DNA of 64,000 bases, from NCBI GenBank assembly GCA_963676795.2, contig CAXXTB010000002.1:1-64000 (forward strand), given 5' to 3'. The notes under the pieces are model-generated. The model had not been told where the DNA came from. It ran no database searches and was given only the letters and a program-made list of their open reading frames with translations. Shown in pieces: positions 1 to 11,192 of this stretch (position 1 is the stretch's first letter; every line of letters starts with the position of its first letter). This stretch comes from Geopsychrobacteraceae bacterium. Its GTDB lineage: Bacteria > Desulfobacterota > Desulfuromonadia > Desulfuromonadales > Geopsychrobacteraceae. Both the position numbers and the translations under genes were made by a program.

Positions 1-416
1 GGGTCATCATCAAGGAAGGCTTCACTGTACGTGGTTTGACAACCGCCGCGAGCCTCTGGGTCGTTTCGGCCATCGGCATGGCCTTCGGGCTGGGGATGAT
101 CTCGGCTGGTTTCATTGCAACGGCGGTCACGCTGATGTCTCTGCTCTGGTTGAAGAAATTTGAGCCGCGGATCAGGAAAGACCGCTACCTGCACCTGACG
201 GTCACGGCCCATGACGAACCCGATGTCTACCCGGCTCTGGAGGAGCTCTTCACCAGCAACAGGTTGCGTATCTCCGATATTCAGGCTGACCATGACCTGG
301 AGAATCGACAGGTCTGTTACCGTTTTGTGCTGACCCAGCACAAGGTGCGTATCGGTCGCGATCTCTCGGCTCAGGTGGCCGAAATTTCCGGTGTCAAGAA
401 GATCTCCTACAAGTAG
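1..416 (+). CDS. MgtC/SapB family protein (5'-truncated by window)
   Basis: GLTTAASLWVVSAIGMAFGLG is the MgtC signature, followed by an ACT-like C-terminus. The frame is open to the left edge. Confidence 0.85.
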   Translation, partial: VIIKEGFTVRGLTTAASLWVVSAIGMAFGLGMISAGFIATAVTLMSLLWLKKFEPRIRKDRYLHLTVTAHDEPDVYPALEELFTSNRLRISDIQADHDLENRQVCYRFVLTQHKVRIGRDLSAQVAEISGVKKISYK

Positions 417-418
417 TT

Positions 419-1585
419 TCAGATCTCATAGGGATTTTTTGGACGGCTACGGAAAAGGAGCAGGGCCGCCAAGGTGATGATGGCGGCGGCAAGGAACAGT
501 GCCGGGAACCCGGCCGCCTCGCCGATGATGCCAAGCAGGATCGCTCCGATGAAGTTGCCGCTGTCGATCCCGCCGGTAAAGATGCCGACCGCTTTGCCGC
601 GCCGTTCATAGGGTTCGTTGCGGACCGCCATGGCGTTGAGGGCTGGGAACAGCAGGCCGTGACCGGCACCGAAAATAAATCCGACCAGAACCAGCATGGC
701 TTTGCCGTTGGCCAACGGGACCATGAACAGGCTGATGCTGAGCAGGCCAATGGCCCAGGGGATGATGGCGTTTTCGCCAATCCGGTCAGCCAACCGGCCC
801 GAAGCGAGGCGGACAACGACCGCGGCACAGGAGTAGGCCAGGTAGTAGGAGGAGATGAAAGCAAAGCCCCTGGCTTCGGCAAAGGGGGCGATAAAGTCGC
901 TGGTCGCTGCCAGACCGATCCCGAACAGCAGGGCGATCCCGCCGCAGACGATGAACTTGCGGGTCTTCAGCAGGGAGAAAAACGAAACTTCGCTGCCGCG
1001 TTTCTGCTGCTGTTCGTCCGCTTTGTGCTGGGCTACCAGCAGCTGAAGGGCCAGCGCCGCAGCTGCCATGGCCGTAGTGGCCAGGAAAAATCCCGTGAAG
1101 CCGAACCTCGCAATGAGCGGTTCGGTCAGCAACGGGCCGAGCGCAACGCCGACAATCCCGGCGATACTGAACATTCCCAACCCCTCATTCAGGCGTCTGG
1201 CCGGGATCCGGTCGCCGATCAACACATAGATGACCGTAAAGCAGATCGCCTGGCCAAAGCCGTGTATCAGGCGCAGGCCGATCAGCAGCCAGTAATTGTC
1301 GGCAACAGACCCACAGACCGGTAGATGCAGCAGCGGGATCAGAACCATGACCAGGGCACCAAGGCTGTAGCTGTGCTTACGACCGATTTTGTCGATCAGC
1401 GCGCTGACGGCAGGTCTGGAGAAGGCTGAAGCCATGGCGAAGACGCCCATCAGAATGCCGATATCGAACTTGCTGCCACCGTTCTGGGTGATGTAGAGCG
1501 GAAACAGGAAGAAGGCGGCAAAGCTTGAGACAAGGGCCAGGTGGGCAAAGAACAGCAGGAAAAATGCAGGGGTGTAAAGCTTCAC
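419..1585 (-). CDS. MFS transporter
   Basis: 388 aa hydrophobic protein with motif-A-like SALIDKIGRK and GRLADRIGE. Confidence 0.9.
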   Translation of the reverse strand: MKLYTPAFFLLFFAHLALVSSFAAFFLFPLYITQNGGSKFDIGILMGVFAMASAFSRPAVSALIDKIGRKHSYSLGALVMVLIPLLHLPVCGSVADNYWLLIGLRLIHGFGQAICFTVIYVLIGDRIPARRLNEGLGMFSIAGIVGVALGPLLTEPLIARFGFTGFFLATTAMAAAALALQLLVAQHKADEQQQKRGSEVSFFSLLKTRKFIVCGGIALLFGIGLAATSDFIAPFAEARGFAFISSYYLAYSCAAVVVRLASGRLADRIGENAIIPWAIGLLSISLFMVPLANGKAMLVLVGFIFGAGHGLLFPALNAMAVRNEPYERRGKAVGIFTGGIDSGNFIGAILLGIIGEAAGFPALFLAAAIITLAALLLFRSRPKNPYEI

Positions 1586-1597
1586 GGTCGATCCAGG

Positions 1598-2050
1598 TCA
1601 GAACAACTGACTTCCTTTGAGAGTGAGAAACGCAACAGCACTGTACCTGAGCCCCTTGCCGATGGCAACCAGCAGAAAAAAACGGCTCAGTGAGGTTTTC
1701 AGTGAGCCGCTGATCAGGCACAGCGGATCGCCGACGACCGGCAGCCATGAAAGCAAGAGGCTCCAGCTGCCGTAGCGCCGATACCAGCCTGTCGCCCGCA
1801 TTCGTTGCTCCGGGCTGATGCGCAGCAGTCTGGTCGTCAGCCAGTCACTGCCCACGTAGCCGATCAGGTAATTGGTTGCCGCACCCAGGGTATTGCCGAG
1901 GGTCGCGATCCCGACGCTCGGCAATGCGGCCTCACCCTGGAGCAGCAGAGCGACAAGCAGCCATTCCGATCCCAGGGGGAGCAGGGTTGAGGCGCCGAAG
2001 CTGATCAGAAACAGGGCCGGCAGGCCGTATGCGATCCAGTGTTCCAGCAT
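1598..2050 (-). CDS. YqaA/DedA family membrane protein
   Basis: FGASTLLPLGSE, GNTLGA and LLLSWLPVVGDPLCLISG motifs. Start moved to the ATG at 2050 (MLEHW). Confidence 0.85.
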   Translation of the reverse strand: MLEHWIAYGLPALFLISFGASTLLPLGSEWLLVALLLQGEAALPSVGIATLGNTLGAATNYLIGYVGSDWLTTRLLRISPEQRMRATGWYRRYGSWSLLLSWLPVVGDPLCLISGSLKTSLSRFFLLVAIGKGLRYSAVAFLTLKGSQLF

Positions 2051-2210
2051 CGGCGCATGATAGCAGAGCGCCGCTGAAAAGCAAATGCAGCAAAAGCCCT
2101 TGTGAGTCACCGGCGCCAGAGTGTACATTAGCCACTTCGTAGTTCTGGCGGGCTTCAGTGAGATGTTGAAGCACGCTAATTTATCCTGGTTTCTCCAAAG
2201 GTTGTAGCTG

Positions 2211-3092
2211 ATGACAATCGACAAACAGCAGGTTCTGGATAAGGTCAAAACCCTGCTAGAGATGATCAAGTTTTCCCACACCGTCTTTGCCTTTCCCTTC
2301 GCGCTGATGGGGGTGATACTCGCCGCCCTGGCAAGCGGTAAGTTGCCCGGGATCGGTCAGCTGTTCTGGATCTGCATCGCCATGGTCGGTGCCCGCAGCG
2401 CTGCAATGGGGCTCAATCGTCTGATCGACGCCAAGATCGACGCGGAAAATCCGCGCACGGCGAATCGCCACATTCCGGCCGGACAGGTTAAATACTGGGA
2501 GGCGGCACTCTTCATTATTGTTGCTCTGGTGCTGTTTTTCTTTGCCGCCTGGATGCTCAACCCGCTCTGCCTCAAGCTGGCTCCCTTTGTCGTGATCCTG
2601 TTTGTGCTCTATGCCTACTGCAAACGTTTTACCCATTATGCGCACATTGTGCTGGGGATCTGCCTGGCGATTGCCCCGGTCGGGACCTGGATCGCTTTGC
2701 GCGGCGATATCGGCTGGTCGGTGATTTCGCTGGCCCTGGCCGTGCTGTTCTGGGTTGCCGGGTTCGATATCTTCTATGCCCTGCAGGATTATGATTTCGA
2801 TGTGGATCACGGGCTGCATTCGATTCCGTCGCGTCTGGGCAAGCACAAAGCGATCAAGCTGGTGCGCATCTTTCACGGCCTGATGCTACTGTTCATGTTG
2901 CTGGTTCTGCCCGGTAGCGGTCTCGGCTGGATCTACTTCGCCGGGGTTGTGGTTGTGGCGCTACTGCTGCTCTACGAACACAGCCTGGTCAAGGTCGATG
3001 ACCTGTCCCGGCTTGATGCAGCATTCTTCAATATGAACGGCTATATCAGTGTGGCGATCTTTGTCTTTACCCTGGTCGATGCGCTGGTCTGA
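2211..3092 (+). CDS. UbiA-family polyprenyltransferase (MqnP-like, futalosine pathway)
   Basis: NRLIDAKIDAENPRT and FDIFYALQDYDFD motifs; adjacent to mqnE/mqnC. Confidence 0.88.
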   Translation: MTIDKQQVLDKVKTLLEMIKFSHTVFAFPFALMGVILAALASGKLPGIGQLFWICIAMVGARSAAMGLNRLIDAKIDAENPRTANRHIPAGQVKYWEAALFIIVALVLFFFAAWMLNPLCLKLAPFVVILFVLYAYCKRFTHYAHIVLGICLAIAPVGTWIALRGDIGWSVISLALAVLFWVAGFDIFYALQDYDFDVDHGLHSIPSRLGKHKAIKLVRIFHGLMLLFMLLVLPGSGLGWIYFAGVVVVALLLLYEHSLVKVDDLSRLDAAFFNMNGYISVAIFVFTLVDALV

Positions 3093-3215
3093 TGGCGTCG
3101 CAAAAATTCGCCAACTGCTGTGTTGCCGCAATAGTCTCTCTGCTTCGACATACTGGAGTACGTCTCATTGCTCGATAATTGCGCGCCTTGCATTTGCCGT
3201 TTTTTGCTTAGCCAT
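3092..3215. repeat. REP-like palindromic element (family A, copy 1)
   Basis: Imperfect terminal IR atggcgtcgcaaaaa...tttttgcttagccat; shares core motifs with 11867-11988. Confidence 0.55.
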
Positions 3216-3267
3216 TGTTGCTTAGCAATTCTTCTGAACTTTTGAGAAGACATTTGTGAGAAGATAT

Positions 3268-4347
3268 ATGGAAAAAGAATTACAGGTTATCGCGGAAAAA
3301 ATCGAACGGGGTGAGCGGATCAGTGACGCTGATGCCCTGACCCTATTCCGGTCCCACGATCTGCTCAGTATTGGTGAGCTGGCCGCGCAGGTGAACCGGC
3401 GCAAGAACGGCGAGCGGGTCTTCTTCAACCTCAACCGCCACATCAATTACACCAACCTCTGCGTCAATCAGTGTAAGTTCTGTGCCTTCTCCAAGGTTGA
3501 AGGGGAGAGCGGCGGTTATACCCTGGCGCTGGACCAGATCCGTGACAAGGCCCGCGAAGCGCTCAAGGCCGGGGCGACGGAGATCCATTCAGTCGGCGGT
3601 CTGCACCCGGAGCTGCCCTTCGAATTTTATCTCGACATGCTCAAGAGCATCAAGGATGTGTCGCCGGAACTGCATATCAAGGCCTTTACCGCGGTGGAGA
3701 TCGATTACTTCAGCCGGATCAGCGGCAAGACGGTCGCCGAGGTTATCCGCGAGTTGAAAGCTGCGGGCTTAGGCTCGATGCCGGGCGGCGGTGCCGAGAT
3801 CCTCGGGCAGGAGGTCCGCGATAAGATCTGCCCGGAGAAGATCTCTGGCCGTCGCTGGCTGGAGGTTACCGAAGAGGTTCACAACCACGGCCTCAAGACC
3901 AACGCGACCATGCTTTTCGGACATGTTGAAGACTATGCCGACCGGGTTGAGCATATGCACCTGCTGCGTGAACTGCAGGATCGCACCGGCGGCTTTCAGG
4001 CCTTTATTCCACTGGCCTTCCAGCCGGATAATACCCGGGTTCCGGGTGCCAAGGGGGTGAGCGGTGTCGATGCCCTCAAGACCCTGGCGATCGCCCGCAT
4101 CTACCTGGATAATTTTCAGCATATCAAGGCCTACTGGATTATGCTTGGGCTCAAGATCGCCCAGGTGGCGCTCTGTTTCGGGGTCAACGATCTTGACGGT
4201 ACGGTCATCGAGGAGCAGATCGGCCATGATGCCGGGGCTGACTCCCCCCAGATCTTAAGTATGGAGCGGCTGATCGCCATGATCCGCAAGGCGGGCAAGA
4301 TTCCGGTTGAACGTGACACCCTCTACAATGAACGCAAGGCATATTGA
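3268..4347 (+). CDS. mqnE: Aminofutalosine synthase (radical SAM)
   Basis: CVNQCKFC, HIKAFTAVEI, MPGGGAE and HIKAYW motifs. Confidence 0.88.
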   Translation: MEKELQVIAEKIERGERISDADALTLFRSHDLLSIGELAAQVNRRKNGERVFFNLNRHINYTNLCVNQCKFCAFSKVEGESGGYTLALDQIRDKAREALKAGATEIHSVGGLHPELPFEFYLDMLKSIKDVSPELHIKAFTAVEIDYFSRISGKTVAEVIRELKAAGLGSMPGGGAEILGQEVRDKICPEKISGRRWLEVTEEVHNHGLKTNATMLFGHVEDYADRVEHMHLLRELQDRTGGFQAFIPLAFQPDNTRVPGAKGVSGVDALKTLAIARIYLDNFQHIKAYWIMLGLKIAQVALCFGVNDLDGTVIEEQIGHDAGADSPQILSMERLIAMIRKAGKIPVERDTLYNERKAY

Positions 4348-4349
4348 TC

Positions 4350-5414
4350 ATGCTGACCGATATTCAGAAAAAACTGAACAGTGGACAGCCTATCGACCGG
4401 GCAGAGGCGCTCTGGCTGCTGGAAAAGGCGGATCTGCTTGCCGTCGGCAAACTGGCGGATGCGATCCGTCAGGCCAGGCATCCCGAAGGACGGGTGACTT
4501 TCGTTGTCGATCGTAACGTCAATTATTCCAATCTCTGTGAGTCGAAGTGCAAGTTCTGCGCTTTCTACCGTAATGAGGGAGACGCTGACGCCTACCTCCT
4601 TGAGTATGATGAGATCTTCGCCAAGGTGCAGGAACTTGTTGATCACGACGGCACCCAGCTGCTGATGCAGGGCGGCCTGCACCCGACGCTGAAAATCGAC
4701 TGGTTCGAAGAGCTGTTCCGTCAGCTGCGCCAGCGTTTTCCGCAGGTCCAGATCCATTCCCTGTCGCCGGCCGAGGTGACCCACATTGCCAGGCTTTCCG
4801 GCTTGAGCATGCCTGAGTGTCTGGGGCGCCTGCACCAGGCCGGTCTGGCGTCGGTGCCGGGTGGCGGCGCGGAGGTGCTGGTCGACGAAGTGCGCCAGGA
4901 GATCTCGCCGAACAAGATCGGCTGGAAGCAGTGGGCCGCAGTGATGGAGGAGGCCCATGGCTTGGGGATGCGCACTACGGCGACGATGATGTTCGGCAGC
5001 CGGGAGAAACCTGCAGACATCGTTGAACATCTGTTCCGCATCCGCGAGATCCAGCAGCGTACTGGCGGTTTCACTGCCTTTATCCCCTGGACCTTTCAGC
5101 CCGATAACACCGAACTGGGCGGCGAGACGGCCAGCGGCATCGAGTATCTGAAAGTGCTGGCTTTATCGCGGATTGTTCTTGATAATGTCGACAACATCCA
5201 GGGCAGTTGGGTGACGCAAGGCTCGCGCCTTGGCCAGGTGGCGCTCTTTTTCGGCGCCAACGATCTGGGCGGCACCATGCTCGAAGAGAATGTCGTTGCC
5301 GCTGCCGGAGTGTCGTTCCGCATCTCCCAGGATGAACTGGTCGAGATGATCCGCGGTGCCGGGTTTACCCCGGCGAGACGGACAACCGAATACCGGATTC
5401 TGCAGGAATACTAA
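4350..5414 (+). CDS. mqnC: Cyclic dehypoxanthinyl futalosine synthase (radical SAM)
   Basis: VTFVVDRNVNYSNLCESKCKFC, LLMQGGLHP, NIQGSWVTQG and GGTMLEENVV motifs. Confidence 0.9.
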   Translation: MLTDIQKKLNSGQPIDRAEALWLLEKADLLAVGKLADAIRQARHPEGRVTFVVDRNVNYSNLCESKCKFCAFYRNEGDADAYLLEYDEIFAKVQELVDHDGTQLLMQGGLHPTLKIDWFEELFRQLRQRFPQVQIHSLSPAEVTHIARLSGLSMPECLGRLHQAGLASVPGGGAEVLVDEVRQEISPNKIGWKQWAAVMEEAHGLGMRTTATMMFGSREKPADIVEHLFRIREIQQRTGGFTAFIPWTFQPDNTELGGETASGIEYLKVLALSRIVLDNVDNIQGSWVTQGSRLGQVALFFGANDLGGTMLEENVVAAAGVSFRISQDELVEMIRGAGFTPARRTTEYRILQEY

Positions 5415-5441
5415 TTTTTATTGCAGGCTCGCTGAGAAGAA

Positions 5442-5507
5442 AAATACCCCCCTGTTCGCTACGCTCTCTTCCCCCCTATTTTATAGGGGGGATTGAGGGG
5501 GGTGTTT
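5442..5507. repeat. REP-like palindrome (C-rich/G-rich arms)
   Basis: aaatacccccc...cccccctattttatagggggg...ggggggtgttt nested inverted repeats between mqnC and hisC. Confidence 0.5.
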
Positions 5508-5537
5508 ATTGCTTGATGAGAACAAATAAGGATCACT

Positions 5538-6587
5538 ATGCTCCCGTTACGTAAAAATATTGCCGAGATGGCTGGTTATGTCCCCGGCTTTCAGCCGCAA
5601 GGCGAAGGCTGGATCAAGCTGAACACCAATGAAAACCCTTATCCGCCGTCGCCCAAGGTTGCTGCAGCGATTGTGGCCGAATTGGCTAATGCCGGAGCCA
5701 ACCTGCGCAAATATCCGGATGCCCAGAGCAAGGAGACACGCCGGATTGCCGCCGAGCTCTACGGATTTGACCCGTCCTGGGTGATTACCGCCAACGGTTC
5801 CGATGAGCTGCTCAATAACCTGATCCGCGCCTTTGCCGGTGAAGGGGAAGAGGTGGCTTATGTCCACCCGTCCTACTCCTACTATGCGACCCTGGCGGAG
5901 ATCCAGGGGGCCAGGATCAGAACCTTCGGCCTGACCGAAGATCGCAGGATTGCCGATTTTCCCGAGCGCTACGAGGGGAAGATCTTTTTCCTGACCAGCC
6001 CCAACGCTCCGCTCGGCTTTCATTTTGACAATGACTATATCGCCGAACTGGCTCAGCGCTGCAGCGGAGCCCTGGTGGTCGATGAGGCCTATGTCGATTT
6101 TGCCGATGGCACGGCCATGGAGCTGGTCAGGCGCTTTGAGAATGTCATTGTGACCCGCACCTTCTCCAAGAGCTATGCCCTGGCTGGCATGCGTCTGGGA
6201 TTGGCGATCGCCCGTCCTGAAGTTGTCGCTGCACTCGACAAGATCCGTGACCACTATCACCTTGACCGTCTGGCCCTGGTCGCTGCCAATGCCGCCTTGA
6301 AGGATCAGGCCTATCTGCAGTCGACGGTCAAGATTGTGCGGTCGACCCGTGAGTGGTTCAGTTCAGAACTGCGCAAGGTCGGCTACCAGATCGAGCCGTC
6401 ACATACCAATTTTGTCTTTGCCGTACCGCCGGATAGAGATGGCAAGCGGGTTTATGACGCTCTCTATGAGCGCAAGATCCTGGTGCGCTACTTTTCCGAT
6501 CCGTTGCTCAGGCATGGCCTGAGAATCACCATTGGCACCCGCGAAGAGATGGAAGCGACCTTCGCTGCGCTGGCGGAAATTGGCTGA
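5538..6587 (+). CDS. hisC: Histidinol-phosphate aminotransferase
   Basis: [21 protein letters not shown] and [15 protein letters not shown] motifs. Confidence 0.93.
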   Translation: MLPLRKNIAEMAGYVPGFQPQGEGWIKLNTNENPYPPSPKVAAAIVAELANAGANLRKYPDAQSKETRRIAAELYGFDPSWVITANGSDELLNNLIRAFAGEGEEVAYVHPSYSYYATLAEIQGARIRTFGLTEDRRIADFPERYEGKIFFLTSPNAPLGFHFDNDYIAELAQRCSGALVVDEAYVDFADGTAMELVRRFENVIVTRTFSKSYALAGMRLGLAIARPEVVAALDKIRDHYHLDRLALVAANAALKDQAYLQSTVKIVRSTREWFSSELRKVGYQIEPSHTNFVFAVPPDRDGKRVYDALYERKILVRYFSDPLLRHGLRITIGTREEMEATFAALAEIG

Positions 6588-7638
6588 TCTGCATTTTGCG
6601 GCGGAGCAGTTTTCTGCTGCGCTGCTCGGCTGGTATGCCGTGCGGGGGCGCAATCTCCCCTGGCGTAACAGCCGTGATCCCTATCGGATCTGGTTGGCCG
6701 AGATCATGCTCCAGCAGACTACGGTTGCTGCGGTCATCGATTACTTTCAGCGTTTTACTGAGCGCTGGCCGACAGTTGCCGATCTGGCTGCAGCGACAAC
6801 CGAAGCGGTGGTCGAACAGTGGGCGGGACTGGGTTACTATTCGCGGGCCCGCAACCTGCACGTAACCGCTCAAAAAGTTGTCAAAGAGTTTGGCGGTTTA
6901 TTCCCGCAGTCGGTCGCAGAGCTACAGCAGCTGCCCGGGATCGGCCGTTCGACTGCCGGGGCCATCTCGGCTTTGGCTTTTGATCGGCGCGCGGCGATTC
7001 TGGATGGCAATGTGCGCCGGGTCCTGTGCCGAATTATGGCGCTGCAGCAACCGCCGCGCACAACGGCTGCGGAAAAGCTGTTGTGGGATTGGGCTGAAGC
7101 CCTGACTCCGGAGCAGCAGGTCCACGATTATACCCAGGCGATTATGGACCTGGGGGCGACGGTCTGTACCCCGCGCAGTCCCGATTGTGAAAACTGTCCG
7201 GTTGCCATTTTCTGTCGGGCTCTGGAGCTTGAGCTGACCGATCAGCTGCCGCTCAAAACGCCGGGAAAAAAGATTCCACTACGCCGTGAGCTGGCCTTGC
7301 TGATCGAGAATCAAGGCCGCTTCCTGGTGCGGCGCCGGACGCTCAACGGGTTTCTTGGCGGGCTCTGGGAGTTCCCCGGTTATAGCCTCGGAGAAGGTGA
7401 AGCGGTCGAGCAGAAGCTGGTCTGGCTGAAGGGCGAGCTGGGCTTGACTGGCGAGGCTCAGGCGGTCGCCGAGATCGAACATATTTACAGTCATTTCCGC
7501 CTGCAGGTCAGTGCCTACCGTATCGAAGGGGCAGTGACCACTGTTGGCGAGAGTGACAGCCGCTGGCTGGCCCTGGACGAGCTTCTGGAGCTGGCCCTGC
7601 ACGGCGCCCATAAAAAAATTCTTCCCCATATCCAATGA
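6580..7638 (+). CDS. mutY: A/G-specific adenine glycosylase
   Basis: [22 protein letters not shown], Hh[13 protein letters not shown] and an Fe-S Cys cluster. The TTG start at 6580 is tentative. Confidence 0.93.
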   Translation: MADLHFAAEQFSAALLGWYAVRGRNLPWRNSRDPYRIWLAEIMLQQTTVAAVIDYFQRFTERWPTVADLAAATTEAVVEQWAGLGYYSRARNLHVTAQKVVKEFGGLFPQSVAELQQLPGIGRSTAGAISALAFDRRAAILDGNVRRVLCRIMALQQPPRTTAAEKLLWDWAEALTPEQQVHDYTQAIMDLGATVCTPRSPDCENCPVAIFCRALELELTDQLPLKTPGKKIPLRRELALLIENQGRFLVRRRTLNGFLGGLWEFPGYSLGEGEAVEQKLVWLKGELGLTGEAQAVAEIEHIYSHFRLQVSAYRIEGAVTTVGESDSRWLALDELLELALHGAHKKILPHIQ

Positions 7639-7651
7639 AGGTTGAAATCTA

Positions 7652-8773
7652 ATGTCTTTACCCCCGATTTTGCTGACCTCGGCTGAGGTTGCTGCTTTTG
7701 CCGAGAGGCTGCGTCAATTCCCGATCATCGCCGTCGATCTCGAAGCCGATTCGATGCATAACTATCAGGACAAGGTCTGCCTGCTGCAGTTTTCCACACC
7801 TGATGAAACGCTTCTGATCGATCCTCTGGCTGATGCTGACCTGAGTCCGTTGAAGACGATTCTCGCCGATCCTTCGATCCGCAAGATCTTTCATGCCGCC
7901 GATTACGATATCCGTTGCCTGGCCCGTGATTTCGATGTGCAGATCAACGGCCTGTTCGATACCATGATCTCCTGCCAGTTTCTTGGCGAGGAGCGTTTCG
8001 GTCTGGCCGATGTGTTGCGCAAGTATTACGGCGTTGAGCTGGACAAGAAATTTCAGCGCGCTGACTGGTCGATGCGCCCGTTGCCCGAGGGGATGATCCG
8101 CTATGCGGCCGAAGATACCCGTTATCTACATAAGCTAGCAGCCATGCTGGAAGAGAGGCTGATAGGAAAGGGGCGCCTGGAGTGGGTGCAGGAGGAGTTC
8201 GCGCTCCTCGAACAGGTCCGTTTTGCCGTCCATGAGGGGCCGGAGTTCTTACGTTTCAAGGGTGCCGGGACGCTCAAGCCGCGCCAGTTGGCCGTGCTGG
8301 AAAGACTGCTGCGATGGCGCGATGAGGAAGCGCAGCGCCGGGACCGTCCGGTCTATAAGGTGCTTGGCAGCAAGCCGCTGCTGGAGATTGCCCAGCTCAT
8401 GCCGAAAGGGCGCAATCAGCTTGAAGGGATTGATGGTCTGCCGCCCAAGCTGCTCGACCGCTATGCCGGGAAAATCCTCTTTGCCGTTGGTGAGGCGCTT
8501 GATCTGCCGGACGATAAATTGCCATCTTTCCCGCGGACGCGCAGGCCGGAGAAGGATCTGGCGCTGGAGGAGCGGGTCAAGGTTCTCAAAGAATGGCGCA
8601 AAGCTGCAGCTGTAGGTTATGAGCTGGATCCCGGGGTGCTGATCAACAATGCGGCGCTGGAAGAGATTGCCAAACAGCAGCCGAAGACGGCCGCTGATCT
8701 GGAAAAAAATCAGCTGCTGAAGAACTGGCAGCGTAAGGAACTGGGGGAGGGGATTCTCACAGCCTTGCGTTAG
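7652..8773 (+). CDS. rnd: Ribonuclease D (DEDDy exonuclease + HRDC)
   Basis: AVDLEAD, KIFHAADYD, ADWSMRPL and YAAED motifs; C-terminal HRDC domains. Confidence 0.9.
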   Translation: MSLPPILLTSAEVAAFAERLRQFPIIAVDLEADSMHNYQDKVCLLQFSTPDETLLIDPLADADLSPLKTILADPSIRKIFHAADYDIRCLARDFDVQINGLFDTMISCQFLGEERFGLADVLRKYYGVELDKKFQRADWSMRPLPEGMIRYAAEDTRYLHKLAAMLEERLIGKGRLEWVQEEFALLEQVRFAVHEGPEFLRFKGAGTLKPRQLAVLERLLRWRDEEAQRRDRPVYKVLGSKPLLEIAQLMPKGRNQLEGIDGLPPKLLDRYAGKILFAVGEALDLPDDKLPSFPRTRRPEKDLALEERVKVLKEWRKAAAVGYELDPGVLINNAALEEIAKQQPKTAADLEKNQLLKNWQRKELGEGILTALR

Positions 8774-8813
8774 CAAGGCTGTGATTTCAGATCTGAAATT
8801 TCAGATCTCAGCG

Positions 8814-10205
8814 CTATTCATGCGGCTCAGTCATCCTGGCCGGATCCAATAACCTGTCGAGCAGCTCAGCATCCACACCATCGGTCAACGCCAACTCCCG
8901 CAACGTCTTGCCCGTCTTGTGCGCCTCTTTGGCCAGTGCCGCCGCCCGGTCGTAGCCGATTTCCGGAACCAACGCGGTGACCAGGGCAAGGCTCTGCTCC
9001 AGAAGGGTCTCGCAGCGCTGTTTATCTGCCGTAAGGCCGGCAAGGCATTTTTCGTCAAATGCCTTTATCGCGTTGCTCAGCAGTTCGATGCTCTGCAGCA
9101 TGTTGTAGGCGATGGTCGGCATCATAACATTCAGTTCAAAATTCCCTGACAGGCCACAGAGTGCGACCGTCGCGTCATTGCCGATCACTTGGGCGCAGAC
9201 CTGCATCAGTGACTCGGCCATGACCGGATTGATCTTGCCCGGCATGATCGAGCTACCCGGTTGCACGGCCGGCAGGATCAGTTCACCGAGGCCGCAGCGC
9301 GGACCGCTGGAGAGGAAGCGGATGTCGTTGGCAATCTTGAACAGGCTGGTTGCCGTGTTGCGCAGGCTGGCGCTGGTTGCAACCAGCGCGTCCTTTGCGC
9401 CTTGTGCCTCGAAGTGGTTGGTCGCTTCCCGGAACGGCAGACAGGTTTCCCTGGCGATACCGGCGATGGTCTGGCCGGCAAAATTGGGTTGGGTGTTGAT
9501 GCCGGTGCCGACGGCGGTTCCCCCGAGGGGCAGTTCGTAGAGGCCGCTGGAGCAGACGCTCAGTCGTTCGTGGCTCAGTTCGACCTGGCGGGCGTAGCCG
9601 GAGAATACCTGGCTTAAGCGAACAGGTGTCGCGTCCTGCAGGTGGGTGCGACCGATCTTGAGAATCCCGTCGAATTCCTCCACTTTCTCTGCCAGCAGCT
9701 GGAGCATCTCTTCAAGGGCCGGCAGCAGGGTTTTGTGCAGCTGCTCCGCGCAGGCAATATGTATTGCGCTGGGGAAGACGTCGTTGCTCGACTGCCCCAT
9801 GTTGACATGATCATTCGGGTGAACGGCTTTGCTGCCCAGCGGCAGACCGAGCAATTGGGCGGCGCGGTTGGCGATTACCTCGTTGCTGTTCATGTTGCTG
9901 CTGGTGCCGGAACCGGTCTGGAAGATATCGACCGGGAAGTGCTGGTTCAAGGCGCCGGAGATGACCTCGGTTGCGGCACGACATATCACGTCAGCGGTCT
10001 CTTCGGAAAGCAGCCCCAATGAACAGTTGGTTGCTGCGGCATGTTTCTTGATCAGCCCCAGGGCTCTGATCAGCGCCGGAGGTAGAGTGAATCCCGAGAT
10101 CGGGAAGTTGTCGACGGCACGGGCCGTCTGGGCGCCGTACAGCGAATTATGAGGAACCTGCATTTCTCCAAGGGAATCCTTTTCAACGCGATAGTTATTC
10201 ATCAT
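8814..10205 (-). CDS. fumC: Class II fumarate hydratase
   Basis: QTGSGTSSNMN, KIGRTHLQDATP and GSSIMPGKINP motifs. Confidence 0.93.
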   Translation of the reverse strand: MMNNYRVEKDSLGEMQVPHNSLYGAQTARAVDNFPISGFTLPPALIRALGLIKKHAAATNCSLGLLSEETADVICRAATEVISGALNQHFPVDIFQTGSGTSSNMNSNEVIANRAAQLLGLPLGSKAVHPNDHVNMGQSSNDVFPSAIHIACAEQLHKTLLPALEEMLQLLAEKVEEFDGILKIGRTHLQDATPVRLSQVFSGYARQVELSHERLSVCSSGLYELPLGGTAVGTGINTQPNFAGQTIAGIARETCLPFREATNHFEAQGAKDALVATSASLRNTATSLFKIANDIRFLSSGPRCGLGELILPAVQPGSSIMPGKINPVMAESLMQVCAQVIGNDATVALCGLSGNFELNVMMPTIAYNMLQSIELLSNAIKAFDEKCLAGLTADKQRCETLLEQSLALVTALVPEIGYDRAAALAKEAHKTGKTLRELALTDGVDAELLDRLLDPARMTEPHE

Positions 10206-10309
10206 TTCAATCCTTTCATCGGCATTTCACAGATAACTAAAGAATAACTCTTTGGGCCGGGCAGTCAAAGAGTCTATTCATCGTGAAATTGTTTCGCTAT
10301 GATGCCGCA

Positions 10310-11179
10310 ATGCAAACTCTCGCTCTTGTTCTCATAGTATTGTCCGCTCTGATGCATGCCCTGTGGAACCTGCTGGTCAAAAAAAGTTCCGACAAGACGG
10401 TCTTTATCTGGTGGATGTTCGTCAGCGCCTTTTGTCTGATGACCCTGGTGACCTGGGGGCTGGATCTCTTTCCGCATCCGACTCCCCGCTTGCTCGGGCT
10501 GGCCTGTATCTCGGCGGTCTGTTTTGTCCTCTACCACTGGCTGGGCGGTTATGCCTACCGGGAGGGGGACCTTTCCGTGACCTATCCCCTGGCCCAGACC
10601 TCGATGATCTATGTGCCGATCTGGGGCGTGCTGCTGCTGCGCGAACAGCTATCTGTCACGGGGATTGGCGGGATTCTGCTGATCGTGATCGGCGCCTACT
10701 GTATACAGCTCAAAGGGCTCGGGCTTGCCGATTTCCGCCGCCCTTTCATGCAGCTGGGTGAACGCTCGGTTCAGGCGGCGCTGTTGGCCGGCTTTATCTA
10801 CTCACTCGGGGCTATCGTCGACAAGACCGGGGTCGGTGATTACAGTGCCTACCAGTTTACCTATGTGCTGGTCTTCTTCATGGTCCTGCTGATGACCCTC
10901 AACCTGCTCAGGCCGGGCTACCGGGGCAGGATTCTGAATGTCCTGAAGATCAACCCCTGGCTGGTTCTCTGTGCCGGTCCGGTGGTCTTTGCCTCCTTTA
11001 TCAGCTTCCGTATGGGGCTGCAGCTGGCGCCGGTCAGTTATGCCGTGCCTGTGCGCCAGATCGGTCTGTTGTTCGGGGTGCTGATCGGCCTGATCTTCCT
11101 CGGTGAATCCTGCGGGCGGATCAGGCTGACATCGGTCGGGTTGATTCTGTTTGGGGTTGTGTTGGTCTGGCACGGATGA
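10310..11179 (+). CDS. EamA/DMT family transporter
   Basis: SALMHALWNLLVK, GDLSVTYPL; about 10 TM segments in two repeats. Confidence 0.88.
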   Translation: MQTLALVLIVLSALMHALWNLLVKKSSDKTVFIWWMFVSAFCLMTLVTWGLDLFPHPTPRLLGLACISAVCFVLYHWLGGYAYREGDLSVTYPLAQTSMIYVPIWGVLLLREQLSVTGIGGILLIVIGAYCIQLKGLGLADFRRPFMQLGERSVQAALLAGFIYSLGAIVDKTGVGDYSAYQFTYVLVFFMVLLMTLNLLRPGYRGRILNVLKINPWLVLCAGPVVFASFISFRMGLQLAPVSYAVPVRQIGLLFGVLIGLIFLGESCGRIRLTSVGLILFGVVLVWHG

Positions 11180-11192
11180 ATGAAAAGCTATG

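Noticed and set aside
8781..8808. atttcagatctgaaat palindrome (tttcagatctca also at 417-428)
   Set aside because: Too short to assign; probably a remnant of another short-repeat family or a hairpin at convergent gene ends.
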